64,000 nucleotides of DNA from Planctomycetaceae bacterium (GCA_052388175.1 JBQTIL010000040.1:961-64960); one strand, 5' to 3'. Numbered from the stretch's first letter, positions 10,295-21,047 are shown. Numbers and translations: made by a program. Notes: generated by a model from the letters alone, not told the origin.

Positions 10295-11175
10295 TGAGGC
10301 GGGGTTGCCGACGATTCGTCGCCAGGCGGCTCGTCGTCAGTCGCGGCGTCGGCCGAGTCGTCGCCCGGCAGATCGAACTTTGGCGCGGATTCGGTACCAT
10401 CGGCGGCCTTTGTCGCAGCCCCGCTGTCGGGCGACGTGCCGGCTGACGTTTCATCGTCCAGGTCGTCCATCAGGATTTCATTGTCGAAGCTGGTTCGATC
10501 GCGCGGGCGCTTTTCGGGCGCTTTGGGACGCGGATAGCTGGCGAACCACGCGTAGAATGCGCGGCCGCCAGGACTTTCGAGGGCCGCCAACCGTTGCTCG
10601 ACATCGGCCTTGAAGATCGAAGCGGGAAACTCGCGCAACAACGACTGGTACGCCTTGACGGCTTCGCCTTCGTTGCCGTCGGAAAGCGATTCGAGACAGC
10701 GGCCGAGCGCGAACAAAGCCCGTTCACGAATCGCAGCAGGCGCCGATTTCTCGTCGACTGTCGCCTGCAGCGTTTCTTTGGCCTGCTGCAATTCCTTACG
10801 CGCCGATTCGAGGTTCCGGAACAAAAGCTGATTGCCCTCGGCCAGCCGGGCTTCGCCTTCCTGCAAGCGGGCCCACTGCGCCACCACCGTACCGGGGTGG
10901 CTTTCCCACACGGCGGCAAAGTCTTCCGCCTTTCGCGAACTGCTGGCGTTGGCCAGGTCGTACCACGCACGTTCGTCACGTGCGCGGGTGCTGCGCGTCC
11001 AATAAATCAGGCCGGCCGAAACCAGCGCCGTGGCACAAACCGCGACCATCACCCGATTGCCGTGTTTCTCGAACCAGGCCCAGGCCTGATCGGCGAACTT
11101 GCCCAGTTCGTTGGTTTGAAGCTCGTGTCGATGTTCGCTCTTCATAGCGCGCGAGTATAGGTGGGTGCTGAACAT
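10291..11175 (-). CDS. Membrane-anchored TPR-like (YfgM-like) protein with an acidic low-complexity tail
   Basis: Has an N-terminal single TM (VMVAVCATALVSAGLIYW), helical repeat-like middle and a D/E/S/A-rich C-terminus. Its stop overlaps the rluD start by 4 nt. The alternative start is ATG 11145 (MKSEHRHE). Confidence 0.5.
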   Translation of the reverse strand: MFSTHLYSRAMKSEHRHELQTNELGKFADQAWAWFEKHGNRVMVAVCATALVSAGLIYWTRSTRARDERAWYDLANASSSRKAEDFAAVWESHPGTVVAQWARLQEGEARLAEGNQLLFRNLESARKELQQAKETLQATVDEKSAPAAIRERALFALGRCLESLSDGNEGEAVKAYQSLLREFPASIFKADVEQRLAALESPGGRAFYAWFASYPRPKAPEKRPRDRTSFDNEILMDDLDDETSAGTSPDSGAATKAADGTESAPKFDLPGDDSADAATDDEPPGDESSATPPQ

Positions 11176-11268
11176 GCGTCAAGACGCGGGATTTGCCGGT
11201 CGCGGCTCACAGGATCGCTGCCGATTTGCCGAATCGACAGACGCGACAGATGACGGTACTCTCACACC

Positions 11269-11991
11269 ATGCCCCACGACGGCAACGATTGCGGCCGCCT
11301 TGCGACACTCGGAGCCGTGTTGTTCGCGCTCGCTTTCCCGGCGCTTGTAACGTTCGTTTACTTTGTGTGGCTTGACGAAGCTTCGTCGGGCTTCCAGCAG
11401 GCCGCATTTGCCATCGGAAAGACGATTCAATTCGGGTTTCCCCTTCTGTTCGTGCGGCTCTGCGATCGACGCTGGTTTACACTTCGTCGGCCCACGCTGA
11501 ATGAACTGGCGCTGGGTTTCGGCGCTGGCGGGGCCATCGTTCTGGCAACGGCCATTGTCTACCTGCTCTGGCTGAAAGCCGCGCTGCCTGCGTCGGCGGT
11601 CGCCGCGATTCGCGGCAAACTCGAAGGCTTTGGCGTTCAAAGCGTGCCCCCGTTTGTACTGCTCTCGCTGTTTTACTCTCTCGTGCATTCCTTCCTTGAA
11701 GAGTATTACTGGCGCTGGTTCGTGTTCGGGCGCATGCGGCGGCTCGCGCCGTGGCCGACAGCGGTGATCGTGTCGGCCCTGGGATTCACGGTCCATCATG
11801 TTCTGGTGCTCGCGCACTATTTCGGCTGGCGCGGGCTGCTGACCTATCTGCTCTCATTCGCCGTCACGTTCGGGGGCGCGCTGTGGGCCTGGATGTACCA
11901 GCGTACCGGCGCTCTGTGGGCGCCCTGGGTCTCGCACCTTCTGGTGGATGCCGGAATCTTCTGCGTGGGGTATGATCTCGCCTTTCGGTAA
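11269..11991 (+). CDS. CPBP (CAAX) family intramembrane glutamic endopeptidase
   Basis: Polytopic membrane protein with the EExxxR motif (FLEEYYWRWFVFG), a later FxxxH (GFTVHHVL) and the HLLVD motif. Confidence 0.85.
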   Translation: MPHDGNDCGRLATLGAVLFALAFPALVTFVYFVWLDEASSGFQQAAFAIGKTIQFGFPLLFVRLCDRRWFTLRRPTLNELALGFGAGGAIVLATAIVYLLWLKAALPASAVAAIRGKLEGFGVQSVPPFVLLSLFYSLVHSFLEEYYWRWFVFGRMRRLAPWPTAVIVSALGFTVHHVLVLAHYFGWRGLLTYLLSFAVTFGGALWAWMYQRTGALWAPWVSHLLVDAGIFCVGYDLAFR

Positions 11992-12078
11992 GGCTCTCGC
12001 GCGGCGGTGCGACGAATGCGTGCCTCCTGCGGCTGCGATCGGAGCAATACCCGGGGTACCGACACCGACTCTGCCTGA

Positions 12079-13455
12079 TTGCGCATGAACGCACCCGACG
12101 ACTATCTCCGCGAGCACGCCGAACGATTTGTCGACGAACTCAAATCGTTCCTCCGAATTCGCAGCGTCAGCGCCGACTCGCGATGCCGTGACGAAGTGCG
12201 CCGAGCGGCAGAATTCGTGCAGTTGCAACTGAAGTCGGCGGGGTTGATGACGGAGCTTGTCGAGACGGCGGGGCACCCGATCGTCTATGGCGAATGGCTG
12301 GGAGCGCCCGGCGCCCCCACGGCGCTGGTCTACGGTCATTACGACGTGCAGCCTCCTGACCCGCTCGACGAATGGGTTTCACCTCCATTCGAACCGACGG
12401 TCCGCGATGGCGCTCTGTATGCCCGGGGCGCCACCGACGACAAAGGGCAGCTCTTCACGCATCTCAAGTCGCTCGAGGCCTGGATGCAAACCGCGGGGCG
12501 GCTGCCGGTGAATGTGAAGGTGATCGTCGAGGGTGAAGAGGAAGTCGGCAGCCGGAACCTGGACCTTTTTCTGGAATCGCGGCGCGACCGGCTCAAATGT
12601 GACGTGGCGGTCATCAGCGATTCGAGCCAGTTCGGCCCCGATCAGCCCGCCATCACGTATGGTCTTCGCGGCATTGTCGCCTGCGAAGCAACTTTGCGCG
12701 GGCCGCGGCAAGACGTGCACAGCGGCGTGTTTGGCGGCGCGATCGCCAACCCCGCGAACGGTCTGGCGCGGCTGATCGCGTCGCTGCATGACGGCGAGGG
12801 ACGGGTGCAGATTCCCGGGTTCTACGATCACGTGCGGCCCCTGACTGACGACGAACGACGGCGGTTGGCTGCGCTTCCTTTCGATGAAGCGCGGTTCGGC
12901 AATGAATTGGGAGTGATGGCAACCGCGGGAGAAGCGGGCTACACGACGCTCGAACGTCGCTGGTGCCGGCCCACGTGCGACGTCAACGGGCTGACGGCCG
13001 GCTATCAGGGGGAAGGGCCCAAGACGATCATTCCGGCGGTGGCGTCGGCGAAAATCACCTGTCGGCTGGTACCCGATCAGGATTCCGATTCTGTCGCGCA
13101 GGCTTTGGAATCTTGGTTGCGGGCGCAATGCCCGGCGGGCCTGCGGCTCGAGTTCAAGACCTGGCACGGATGTCGGGCGTTCGTTTTCAACGTCGACAGC
13201 CCCTGGTTTGCCGCCGCCCGCACGGCGATCGGGCACGCGTTCGGCACCGAACCCGTGCTGGTTCGCGAAGGGGGGTCGATCCCTGTGGTGGCGAGCTTCC
13301 GAACGATTCTCGATGTCGATACACTCCTTCTCGGCTGGGGGCAGAACTCCGACAATCTGCATGGTCCCAACGAGCATTTCGCGCTGGCCGACTTTTATCG
13401 CGGCACGCACGCGAGCGCCGGGCTCTGGCAAGAACTGGCACGCGTTGCGAAATGA
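12079..13455 (+). CDS. M20 family dipeptidase / peptidase
   Basis: 458 aa. Has LVYGHYDVQP, ARGATDDKGQ and GEEEVGS metal-ligand motifs and the C-terminal EGGSIP of M20A peptidases. Confidence 0.9.
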   Translation: MRMNAPDDYLREHAERFVDELKSFLRIRSVSADSRCRDEVRRAAEFVQLQLKSAGLMTELVETAGHPIVYGEWLGAPGAPTALVYGHYDVQPPDPLDEWVSPPFEPTVRDGALYARGATDDKGQLFTHLKSLEAWMQTAGRLPVNVKVIVEGEEEVGSRNLDLFLESRRDRLKCDVAVISDSSQFGPDQPAITYGLRGIVACEATLRGPRQDVHSGVFGGAIANPANGLARLIASLHDGEGRVQIPGFYDHVRPLTDDERRRLAALPFDEARFGNELGVMATAGEAGYTTLERRWCRPTCDVNGLTAGYQGEGPKTIIPAVASAKITCRLVPDQDSDSVAQALESWLRAQCPAGLRLEFKTWHGCRAFVFNVDSPWFAAARTAIGHAFGTEPVLVREGGSIPVVASFRTILDVDTLLLGWGQNSDNLHGPNEHFALADFYRGTHASAGLWQELARVAK

Positions 13456-13554
13456 CGCCTGAGCGAACCCTGGTCGGCGCACCCGCCTCACTTCAGGAAA
13501 TAAGGGACTCGAGGCGACCGTTATGATTCCGCAATGACCGGGCTGTGATCTGTC

Positions 13555-14820
13555 ATGCTCGACCTGCAATTCGTCTGCGACCAAGTTGACCTTGTTGCCG
13601 AGAACTGCCGCAACCGTGGCGTGACCGTCGATCTCGCCCAGATTGTCAGCCACAAGACACGCCGCTCTGAATTGATCGCCGGGGCCGACGAACTGCGCCG
13701 CGAACAGAACGAACTGTCGTCGCAGATACCGAAAGAGACTGACGCCCAGAAGAAACAGGCACTGATCGCCAGAGGCAGAGAGTTGAGGCAGCGGGTCGCC
13801 GAACTCGAAGCCGAACTCAAATCGGTCGAAGCCGCATTGCGGGTCGAACTGATGCGCGTGCCCAATCTGACGCACCCCGCCGCGCCGGTCGGGCGGCTCG
13901 CGGAAGACAACAAAGTACTGCGCAACTGGGGCACGCCTCGCCAATTCGATTTTCAGCCGCTCGACCACGTGGCGCTGGCCGAGCGCCACGACTTGCTCGA
14001 TCTCGAAGCGGGCGCGCGTGTCGCCGGCCACGGCTTTTACTTTCTGAAAAATGAGGCCGTTCTGTTGGAACTGGCGCTCGTGCAATACGCGGTTGAGAAA
14101 CTCGCCCGCGAGGGGTTCACGCTGCACACCACGCCCGATCTGGCCCGCGACGAAGTGCTGGAAGGGATCGGGTTCAACCCGCGCGGGCCCGAAACGCAGG
14201 TGTATTCGATCGAGGGGACGGACCTGAGCCTGGTCGCGACGGCCGAAATCACGCTGGGGGGCGGGCTGCAAAACCAGATTCTCGAGGGCGCAAGGCTGCC
14301 CGTGCTCGCGGCCGGCCTGTCGCATTGCTTCCGCACCGAAGCGGGCGCGCACGGCAAGGCCACGCGCGGAATTTACCGCGTGCACCAGTTCACGAAAGTC
14401 GAGATGTTCGCCTTCACGCGGCCGGAACAGTCGGAAGGCGTACACGATCAGATCGTGCGCGTTGAAGAAGAGCTGTTTCAGGGGTTGCAGATCCCCTATC
14501 GGGTGATCGACACCTGCACCGGCGATCTGGGAGGCCCCGCGTATCGCAAGTTCGATCTGGAAGCCTGGATGCCCGGCCGCGGCGAATACGGCGAAGTGAC
14601 CTCGGCGTCGAACTGTACCGATTACCAGGCGCGTCGCCTGGGTATTCGCTTCAAATCGGCCGATGCCAAAGGCACACATTTTGTGCACACACTCAATGGC
14701 ACCGCCATCGCCTGTACACGCGCCCTCATCGCGATTCTCGAAAACTGCCAGCAGGCTGACGGGAGCATTCTGGTCCCTGAAGCGTTGCAAAAATGGGTGG
14801 GAAAAGACGTGATCCGCTGA
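13555..14820 (+). CDS. serS: Seryl-tRNA synthetase
   Basis: 421 aa with an N-terminal coiled-coil arm and class II motifs: GHGFYFLK, CFRTEAG, YRVHQFTKVEMF and TLNGTAIACTRALIAILEN. Confidence 0.97.
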   Translation: MLDLQFVCDQVDLVAENCRNRGVTVDLAQIVSHKTRRSELIAGADELRREQNELSSQIPKETDAQKKQALIARGRELRQRVAELEAELKSVEAALRVELMRVPNLTHPAAPVGRLAEDNKVLRNWGTPRQFDFQPLDHVALAERHDLLDLEAGARVAGHGFYFLKNEAVLLELALVQYAVEKLAREGFTLHTTPDLARDEVLEGIGFNPRGPETQVYSIEGTDLSLVATAEITLGGGLQNQILEGARLPVLAAGLSHCFRTEAGAHGKATRGIYRVHQFTKVEMFAFTRPEQSEGVHDQIVRVEEELFQGLQIPYRVIDTCTGDLGGPAYRKFDLEAWMPGRGEYGEVTSASNCTDYQARRLGIRFKSADAKGTHFVHTLNGTAIACTRALIAILENCQQADGSILVPEALQKWVGKDVIR

Positions 14821-14868
14821 CCCGGCCGCTGCGTTCTCACGGCTGAAGATCGCCGGCCACCCAACGCC

Positions 14869-15492
14869 ATGACGATCCCCAACCCCGACAGTACCGATAA
14901 CCCGATCGCCCGCCCCCCGCTGGGCTTGCCGACCGGCAGCGTCCGGGCGCTGTTGACGCTGCTGGTGCTCGCGGTGGTGATCGTGCAGACGGTACGCGGT
15001 CGTACGCTCGACGAATTGTGGGGCGAGACGCTGTTGATCGCGCTCGCACATTACTTCACCTCACGGCGGTTTGTCGGGCTTTCGCCCGAAGTGCTCGCGC
15101 GCCTCGAAAGCGAGGGGCACGTTCAGAAGGAGATGAACCCGCTGTACTTGCCGCGACACTCGATTCGCGCGATCGTCGTGCTGGCGTTTGCGGGGCTGGC
15201 GTACTACGAGTTCGGAATCCGCCACGTGCGGCAGTTCGCCGAGGTCCCTCCGGTTCTGATCACCGTCGGCGCCTACCTGGCAGGGATCCTGGCGCGGCTG
15301 CTGTTGGGCCCCCGCGCAGCCGCGGCCGCCGCGCCCAGATCGCGCCTGTGGGAAGATTTGAAGGCGCTCGCCGTCATTCTGGTGATGCTGGCGACGGCCA
15401 TTCCCTATTTTCTGGATCGCGGCGATCTCGTCCCCCCGCAGGGGCGCAGCCTGGCGCTGGCCCTGGTGCTGTTCTACTTCGGGTCGCGGTGA
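14869..15492 (+). CDS. Hypothetical polytopic membrane protein
   Basis: 207 aa with about 5 hydrophobic segments and coding-like composition. No motif recognised. Confidence 0.5.
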   Translation: MTIPNPDSTDNPIARPPLGLPTGSVRALLTLLVLAVVIVQTVRGRTLDELWGETLLIALAHYFTSRRFVGLSPEVLARLESEGHVQKEMNPLYLPRHSIRAIVVLAFAGLAYYEFGIRHVRQFAEVPPVLITVGAYLAGILARLLLGPRAAAAAAPRSRLWEDLKALAVILVMLATAIPYFLDRGDLVPPQGRSLALALVLFYFGSR

Positions 15493-15568
15493 GGCAAGCG
15501 CACGGAGGTCGGCCCACGGTGGCAAGGCGACAACGACCGGCAGTGTGCAGCACAGCCGTGAAACCGAT

Positions 15569-16369
15569 TCAGCCGCGCCGGTCGAACAACGGCGACCGCG
15601 ATAACCCCAGACGCTTCAGCCAGTAGCGGGCCAGAACGCCCAGCGTCGACAGGCCGTACTTCAGGCTTCTGCGAAAGTTGATGCTCGACGCCTCGGGAAA
15701 ATAGCGCACGGGAACGGGGATATCTCCCAGCTTGAAACCGAAGTAGACGGCCTGCGCGAGAAACTCGCTGTCGAACACGAAATCGTTCGAGTTTTTCTCA
15801 AACGGAATGGTCTCCAACACCTTTCGAGAATAGGCCCGGAAGCCGCTGTGGAAATCGCCCAGGTTCTGCCCCAGCGCGACGTTTTCGGCAATCGTGAGCA
15901 GGCGGTTGGAGACGTATTTGTAGATGGGCATGCCGCCGGTCAGGGCCTCGGCCCGCGTTCGGATGCGCGACCCCAGAACGCAGTCGCAGATTCCCAGTCG
16001 CAGAATTTCGACGGCCACGGGTATCACACGGCTGTCGTATTGATAGTCGGGATGAATCATGACGATGAAATCGGCGCCCGACGCCAGAGCCTGGCGGTAA
16101 CAGGTTTTCTGATTGCCGCCGTAGCCCATATTTTTTTCGTGCACGATCACCGTCAGCCCGAGCTCACGGGCGATTTCGACGGTGTTGTCGCGGCTGCCGT
16201 CGTCGACCAGCACAATCTCGCTGACTGAGCCCGCTGGAATGTCGGCCACGGTGTGCCTCAGCGTCGCGGCCGCGTTGTAGGCCGGCATGACGGCAATCGT
16301 GCGGCATTTTTCCGGCGCCGGGGGCGGAATGAAGCGCGACAGCGACGCGACCGTCGAATCGACCGACAT
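15569..16369 (-). CDS. Family 2 glycosyltransferase (polyprenol-phosphate sugar synthase-like)
   Basis: Has the GT-A N-terminus [12 protein letters not shown]...[11 protein letters not shown] and a DxD-like HPDYQYD. Confidence 0.85.
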   Translation of the reverse strand: MSVDSTVASLSRFIPPPAPEKCRTIAVMPAYNAAATLRHTVADIPAGSVSEIVLVDDGSRDNTVEIARELGLTVIVHEKNMGYGGNQKTCYRQALASGADFIVMIHPDYQYDSRVIPVAVEILRLGICDCVLGSRIRTRAEALTGGMPIYKYVSNRLLTIAENVALGQNLGDFHSGFRAYSRKVLETIPFEKNSNDFVFDSEFLAQAVYFGFKLGDIPVPVRYFPEASSINFRRSLKYGLSTLGVLARYWLKRLGLSRSPLFDRRG

Positions 16370-16444
16370 GGGGTGTTTCCTCAGTGCAGAGATACACGGG
16401 CGACCTGCGGCCGGCAGCGCAAAACCGCAGCCGCAGTCAGCAGA

Positions 16445-17722
16445 TCAGTCACTCAACCTGAACAACCGCCGCAGCGCGTCGGTCAAGGTGTGCGGCGTTC
16501 CTTCGCGCGCCTCGTCGCGCAGCGCTTCAAGCGGTGGATGCAGCAGTTTGTTGGTCATCTGTTCGATGGCGCGTTCGATTTCGGCCCGGTCAGCGCCGGT
16601 GACGTGCGGCAGCCTCGCGAACAGCCGGGCCGTCTCCTGATCGACAACCGTTCGCCATTGCTCGCGCAATCGGCGCACGATGGGCCCGGTGGCGCGGTGG
16701 TACAGCCCCGCCATGAATTTATCGGTTTCGCTGTCGACAATCGCCAGCGCCTGTTCCAGCTCGCGCTGCCGTCGCCTGCGGTTCTGATCGCAAATCTGTT
16801 CCAGATCGTCCAGGCAGTACAGAAAGACGTTTTCGTCGAGGTCGCGGCAGGCGGGGTCGAAATCGCGCGGGACGGCGAGGTCGAGAATGAAGACCGGTTT
16901 CCCGGCCGAGTGCCGCCGCACCCTGCCAAACCGGTCGCGGTCGATCAGGCAGGGCGACGCGCCCGTCGTGCTGACAATGACGTCGGCCTGCGCCAGCCAG
17001 CGGTCGAGCTCTTCGAATGACGCAGCCTCACCGCCCCATTCGTCGGCCAGGGCCTTCGCCCGCTCGAGAGTGCGGTTGGCGACCACGACGCGCTGGGCCC
17101 CTTCGTCGCGCAAGTAGCGCACCGTCTCGACAGCCATCTCGCCGGCGCCGATTATGAGAACGACCTTGTCGTCGAACCGGTCGAAGATGCTCTTCCCAAA
17201 TTCACCGACGGCGACGCTCGCGACCGACACCCGGCCTTCGGACAGCGCCGTTTCGGTCCGCACCCGTTTGGCCACATTGAGCGCCCTCTGAAACAACTCG
17301 TTCGTCAGCGGGCCGCTAGCGGCATGCGCCTGCGCCAGCGAGTACGCTTCTTTGACCTGCGCGACGATTTGTGATTCGCCCAGCACCATGCTGTCGAGGC
17401 TCGACGCCACCTGAAACAGGTGCCGGACGACGTCGGGGCCGGTTCGCTCGAGCAAATCGTCGAAGAATTCGGTCAACGGCACATGATGAAAATCGGCGAA
17501 GAACCGGGCGACGTCCTGATGCGACGGAACCTGTGCCGGGTCTTCCTGCGCGCTGTAGACTTCGACGCGGTTGCACGTCGAGAGCACTACCCACTCGGCC
17601 CGCGGAAAGGCCGAGCGCAACGCCGAATAGGCCTGCGGCAATTGTTCGCGCGCGAAGGCGAGCCGCTCGCGCAGCGACAGGGCGGCCGTCTGATGGTTGC
17701 AATAAACGACCTGCAGGTTCAC
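16445..17722 (-). CDS. hemA: Glutamyl-tRNA reductase
   Basis: 425 aa. Has the catalytic LSTCNRVEVY motif, the NADPH-binding VLIIGAGEMA motif and the HemA C-terminal dimerisation helix. Confidence 0.95.
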   Translation of the reverse strand: MNLQVVYCNHQTAALSLRERLAFAREQLPQAYSALRSAFPRAEWVVLSTCNRVEVYSAQEDPAQVPSHQDVARFFADFHHVPLTEFFDDLLERTGPDVVRHLFQVASSLDSMVLGESQIVAQVKEAYSLAQAHAASGPLTNELFQRALNVAKRVRTETALSEGRVSVASVAVGEFGKSIFDRFDDKVVLIIGAGEMAVETVRYLRDEGAQRVVVANRTLERAKALADEWGGEAASFEELDRWLAQADVIVSTTGASPCLIDRDRFGRVRRHSAGKPVFILDLAVPRDFDPACRDLDENVFLYCLDDLEQICDQNRRRRQRELEQALAIVDSETDKFMAGLYHRATGPIVRRLREQWRTVVDQETARLFARLPHVTGADRAEIERAIEQMTNKLLHPPLEALRDEAREGTPHTLTDALRRLFRLSD

Positions 17723-18723
17723 GGGCGGCCCTCCTCAATGCGGGCCGCGGCGCGATCGGCGAACGAGTACTGCCGATCAAAGATTGTTCGCGCAGACGTC
17801 GAACTTAGATCCACAATCCGCGATCCGCAATCCGCAATCGCGCTCAGGTGCAGCTCCGGTTCCGCCGGGGCACGTGAACCGTGAATCTGCCCGGTCAGCA
17901 ATTGCAGGCCCAGCACGGTGAACAATACGAACCCGCAGCCCAGAATCGTCAGCCACGCGACCTGCCGGCCGGTGGGCGCGTCGTGCCTGAGAAAGTGGGC
18001 GAATAGCGCCACGAGAATCAGCCAGATCACACCGCTGCCAATCACCGTCGGCTCGCGAAAGCCGACCGTCGTTTCGCCGCCCGGCGGACGCAGCGCGAGG
18101 GCCAAGCCGCTCGCAAACCCGAGCGTGAGCAGGAAGAAAGTCAGAAACATCGACCAGCGGTTGACCCGCGCCAGCCGGGCGAGACTGGGCATATGGATGC
18201 CTGAAAACTCGGCGTGCCGCGTTCGCAATCGGCGGTGCTGCACGAGATACATCACGCCCGACACCAGCCCTGCGACGCACGACGCCATGCCGAAGACCAA
18301 TAGCGACGCGTGCAGCATTCCCCAATGGCGGCGAGCGGTACTGGTGTTGATGGCCTCGTTGGGCGCCTGGCTCAGAAAATAGGTGCTCGCCACGAGCAGC
18401 AAGACCAAGGGCAGCGCAAATAGTCCTACCGCCAGGTCTTTTTGCAGAATCGTCAGCAACAGGTACAACAGCACCAGGACCCAGGCCAGTACGAGCATCC
18501 AGTCGTGCGTCGAGGCCAACAGCGGGGGCAGGTCGGTATGGCGAAATCGATTGAGCAGGTACCAGGTGTGGGCGACAATTCCCGCGATGGCGAACCCCAC
18601 CATGGCATACCGGCTGACGCGGCTGCGCCCGATAAAGCGCGAGAGTTCCAAGCCGAATGCGACGGCGTAGCTGGCCAGAAAGCAGAAAACCTGAACGTTG
18701 GCCATACCGGGAACTTGCTTCAT
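17719..18723 (-). CDS. Cytochrome c assembly (CcsA/HemX-like) membrane protein
   Basis: 334 aa with about 8 TM segments. Its stop overlaps the hemA start by 4 nt, which matches the hemX-hemA arrangement known in Bacillus. The family call rests on topology and context, not on a clear WWD motif. Confidence 0.6.
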   Translation of the reverse strand: MKQVPGMANVQVFCFLASYAVAFGLELSRFIGRSRVSRYAMVGFAIAGIVAHTWYLLNRFRHTDLPPLLASTHDWMLVLAWVLVLLYLLLTILQKDLAVGLFALPLVLLLVASTYFLSQAPNEAINTSTARRHWGMLHASLLVFGMASCVAGLVSGVMYLVQHRRLRTRHAEFSGIHMPSLARLARVNRWSMFLTFFLLTLGFASGLALALRPPGGETTVGFREPTVIGSGVIWLILVALFAHFLRHDAPTGRQVAWLTILGCGFVLFTVLGLQLLTGQIHGSRAPAEPELHLSAIADCGSRIVDLSSTSARTIFDRQYSFADRAAARIEEGRP

Positions 18724-18910
18724 TTACGCCGGAGTCGCAGCCCACCCGTGAACACAATTATACCACATCCTGCGAGTGCGCAACAGCCGCTGAATCGGCC
18801 GGCAACAGCGTCGGCGGGCGTGCGAATGATCGCCCGATCGGTCGAACCGTGATACACTCTCGCGCGACCCGTCGATTGCCCCTGTTCGTCTCCACAGGAG
18901 GAGAGAGCCT

Positions 18911-20242
18911 ATGTTGCGGCGCTTTGTACGACCCGCCATTGCACTGCTCGGCGTCAGCCTGCCCATCGTGATTGCCGCCGACGAACCGAAGCCCGTCGAG
19001 GGGAGCCTCGAGGTCGGCAAGGGAACATACAAATTGCAGCACGTCGTCGCGTACGAGACGAAAGATGACAATGATGACGACGACGGGCGAATCTCCGTGA
19101 TCGCCAGCGACCGCAGAATTCCGATCGACCAGATCAAAAAGACGCTGCGCGAGAACGAAGGCAGCGACGAACGGCTGTTTCTGTTGCAACCCTACGTGAG
19201 GGTCGTGTTCCGCAAAACGGGCGAAGTGGAGAGTGGCAACGCCTGGGCCGACAATTCGTCGTTCAGCACCAACGGCGACGCGCTGACGGGCAAGGTGCAG
19301 ATCGAAAACGGCCGCGCGCGGGGCCAGGCGAAGCTTGCGCTGCCGCCGAGCCGCGACTTCAAACAGAATTTCCAGATCCGTTTCGACGTCGCCCTGGGGC
19401 TCGATGGCCCACCGAAAGCCGCGGCCAAACCGGCGGCGCCCGTCAAGCCGTCGGTCTCGGGCACGTTCACGGGAAATGGCAAACCGGCGAAGCTGGCGTT
19501 CGTTTCGGCGCGCCCCGGAGAGCCGTTTAACGACAAGCCCTCGATCGTGCTGGTGTTCACCGAGAAGGATCATTCCAAAGACCCGCGACCCGACATTCGA
19601 GCCAGTTTCGGCGAATTCGGCAGCGCCCTTGTCATCTCGCTGCACGAAGATGGGGGAATCTTCGGCTGCCAGGTCACGCACGCGGCCCACGCCAAGCAGG
19701 GGTTCAGCTCGCTGGGCAACATCCGCACCCCCTCTTTCGACGTGGGTGAAGGACGGGTGGAAGGGCAGATTCAAACCGACGGCGAAGTGAACACGTTCGG
19801 CGAGAAATGGCAGGTCGATCTCAAGTTCGTCGCACCGTATGCCGCGCCGGCCCCGAAACCCCAGGCGGGCGCTGCCGCCGGCAAGGGTTCGGGCGACAAC
19901 CCACAACCGGGCGGTTCCAAGGGAGACTCGGCCAAACCGGCCGCGGCGGTCAACGTGCGCGATCTTCCTTTTCCCAAAGACGCGACCGACATCGAGTACA
20001 AAGAGCTGGTCGAGCAGATTACGTTCACGAGCGCGACGGCCGTTCAAGCGCTGGCTTCCGACCTTTCGAAGAAGCTCGCCAGCCAGGGTTGGAAGGGAGA
20101 TGGCGCCGACTTGATCACGCCTCAGTCGTCGATTCTCAACCGCACGCGCGGCAAGGCGACGCTGACGATCATGCTGAAGCCTTCCGGCAAGGGGAGCCAG
20201 GCGACGGTGTTTGCCGACGGGCTGGAGTGGGGCGAGAAGTGA
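18911..20242 (+). CDS. Secreted hypothetical protein with an internal duplication
   Basis: Has a signal peptide (MLRRFVRPAIALLGVSLPIVIAA) and balanced composition. Two similar modules are visible: ...GKGTYKLQHVVAYE...GKVQIENGRARGQAKL.. and ..GNGKPAKLAFVSAR...GRVEGQIQTDGEV... Confidence 0.6.
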   Translation: MLRRFVRPAIALLGVSLPIVIAADEPKPVEGSLEVGKGTYKLQHVVAYETKDDNDDDDGRISVIASDRRIPIDQIKKTLRENEGSDERLFLLQPYVRVVFRKTGEVESGNAWADNSSFSTNGDALTGKVQIENGRARGQAKLALPPSRDFKQNFQIRFDVALGLDGPPKAAAKPAAPVKPSVSGTFTGNGKPAKLAFVSARPGEPFNDKPSIVLVFTEKDHSKDPRPDIRASFGEFGSALVISLHEDGGIFGCQVTHAAHAKQGFSSLGNIRTPSFDVGEGRVEGQIQTDGEVNTFGEKWQVDLKFVAPYAAPAPKPQAGAAAGKGSGDNPQPGGSKGDSAKPAAAVNVRDLPFPKDATDIEYKELVEQITFTSATAVQALASDLSKKLASQGWKGDGADLITPQSSILNRTRGKATLTIMLKPSGKGSQATVFADGLEWGEK

Positions 20243-20328
20243 GTCGGGCTTTCAGCCTGAAAGGCGCGTGGACCAATGTCGCAATGGCCCCCTGTCTCTC
20301 GACAGCCGCAGGCTGCCTGCCGGTTTTT

Positions 20329-20682
20329 CTACGGCGACTCGTCTTCGTCGTCCAAATGAAACTTGTGCATGAACCGATGCACCAAAGGCGCGAGCAGCAC
20401 GGCCATGATGGTCAGGAAGGCCACGCCGCTATAGAGAGCGTAGCCCGTCGCGAACAGTTTGCCAGCGGCCGTGCGCATGGGGTCGACGGGCCCCATGCCG
20501 GTGAGAATCATCGAGGCGTTGAGAAGTGCGTCGAGCCAGGGCAGTTCGCCATACAGGTGGTAGCCGGCGCTGCCGATCGCCAGTGAAAGCGCGACGACCG
20601 CCGCGGCGACGGCGGCGCTGCGCGCCATGCGCTTGAGGAACTCGGGTCGGGGCAGCAGGCGGTCGTATTTGCTTTCAAACAT
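20329..20682 (-). CDS. Minimal 2-TM ion-channel-like protein (K+ channel pore homologue with a degenerate filter)
   Basis: 117 aa with the layout TM1, pore-helix-like WLDALLNASMILTGMGPVD, then TM2 (GKLFATGYALYSGVAFLTIMAVLL). LTGMGPVD sits where K+ channels carry TTVGYGD. Confidence 0.55.
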   Translation of the reverse strand: MFESKYDRLLPRPEFLKRMARSAAVAAAVVALSLAIGSAGYHLYGELPWLDALLNASMILTGMGPVDPMRTAAGKLFATGYALYSGVAFLTIMAVLLAPLVHRFMHKFHLDDEDESP

Positions 20683-21047
20683 GTCGCCGCCATTCTGACG
20701 CCTGCCTCACCCGCTCTCAACGGATTGCTGCGGGTCCGAGGGCGACGGCGGCCTTCCGACCGGGGAATCCTTGCGTTTTGGAAGGGCATCAATTCGTCCT
20801 AAAATATTGCCTTGGCGTCCGCAAGGGCCGATCACGGCTTGACGCACTCGGGGCTGATCGCGTATTCAACGGCCCCCCGCATTTCTCGCTGAACTTCAGC
20901 AACACCTCAAACCAGACCCCCTCGGGCCGTCGGAAAGACGGTCATGACCAGGCAGGCCCTGCACCCGCCGCCCACGCGGCGCGCCCGGGTTCTGCCCTGC
21001 TCGAGTGACTCGAGTACCGCGCCCATTCACCTTCAGGATCAGGGACG

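Noticed and set aside
12379-15051. 890-aa ORF on the minus strand
   Set aside because: It is antisense to the clearly real M20 peptidase and serS genes. Composition is Arg/Gly/Ala/Pro-rich with no recognisable motif, the typical shadow ORF of high-GC DNA.
18758-20047. 429-aa minus-strand ORF
   Set aside because: It is antisense to the signal-peptide-bearing 443-aa ORF at 18911..20242, which has a far more protein-like composition.
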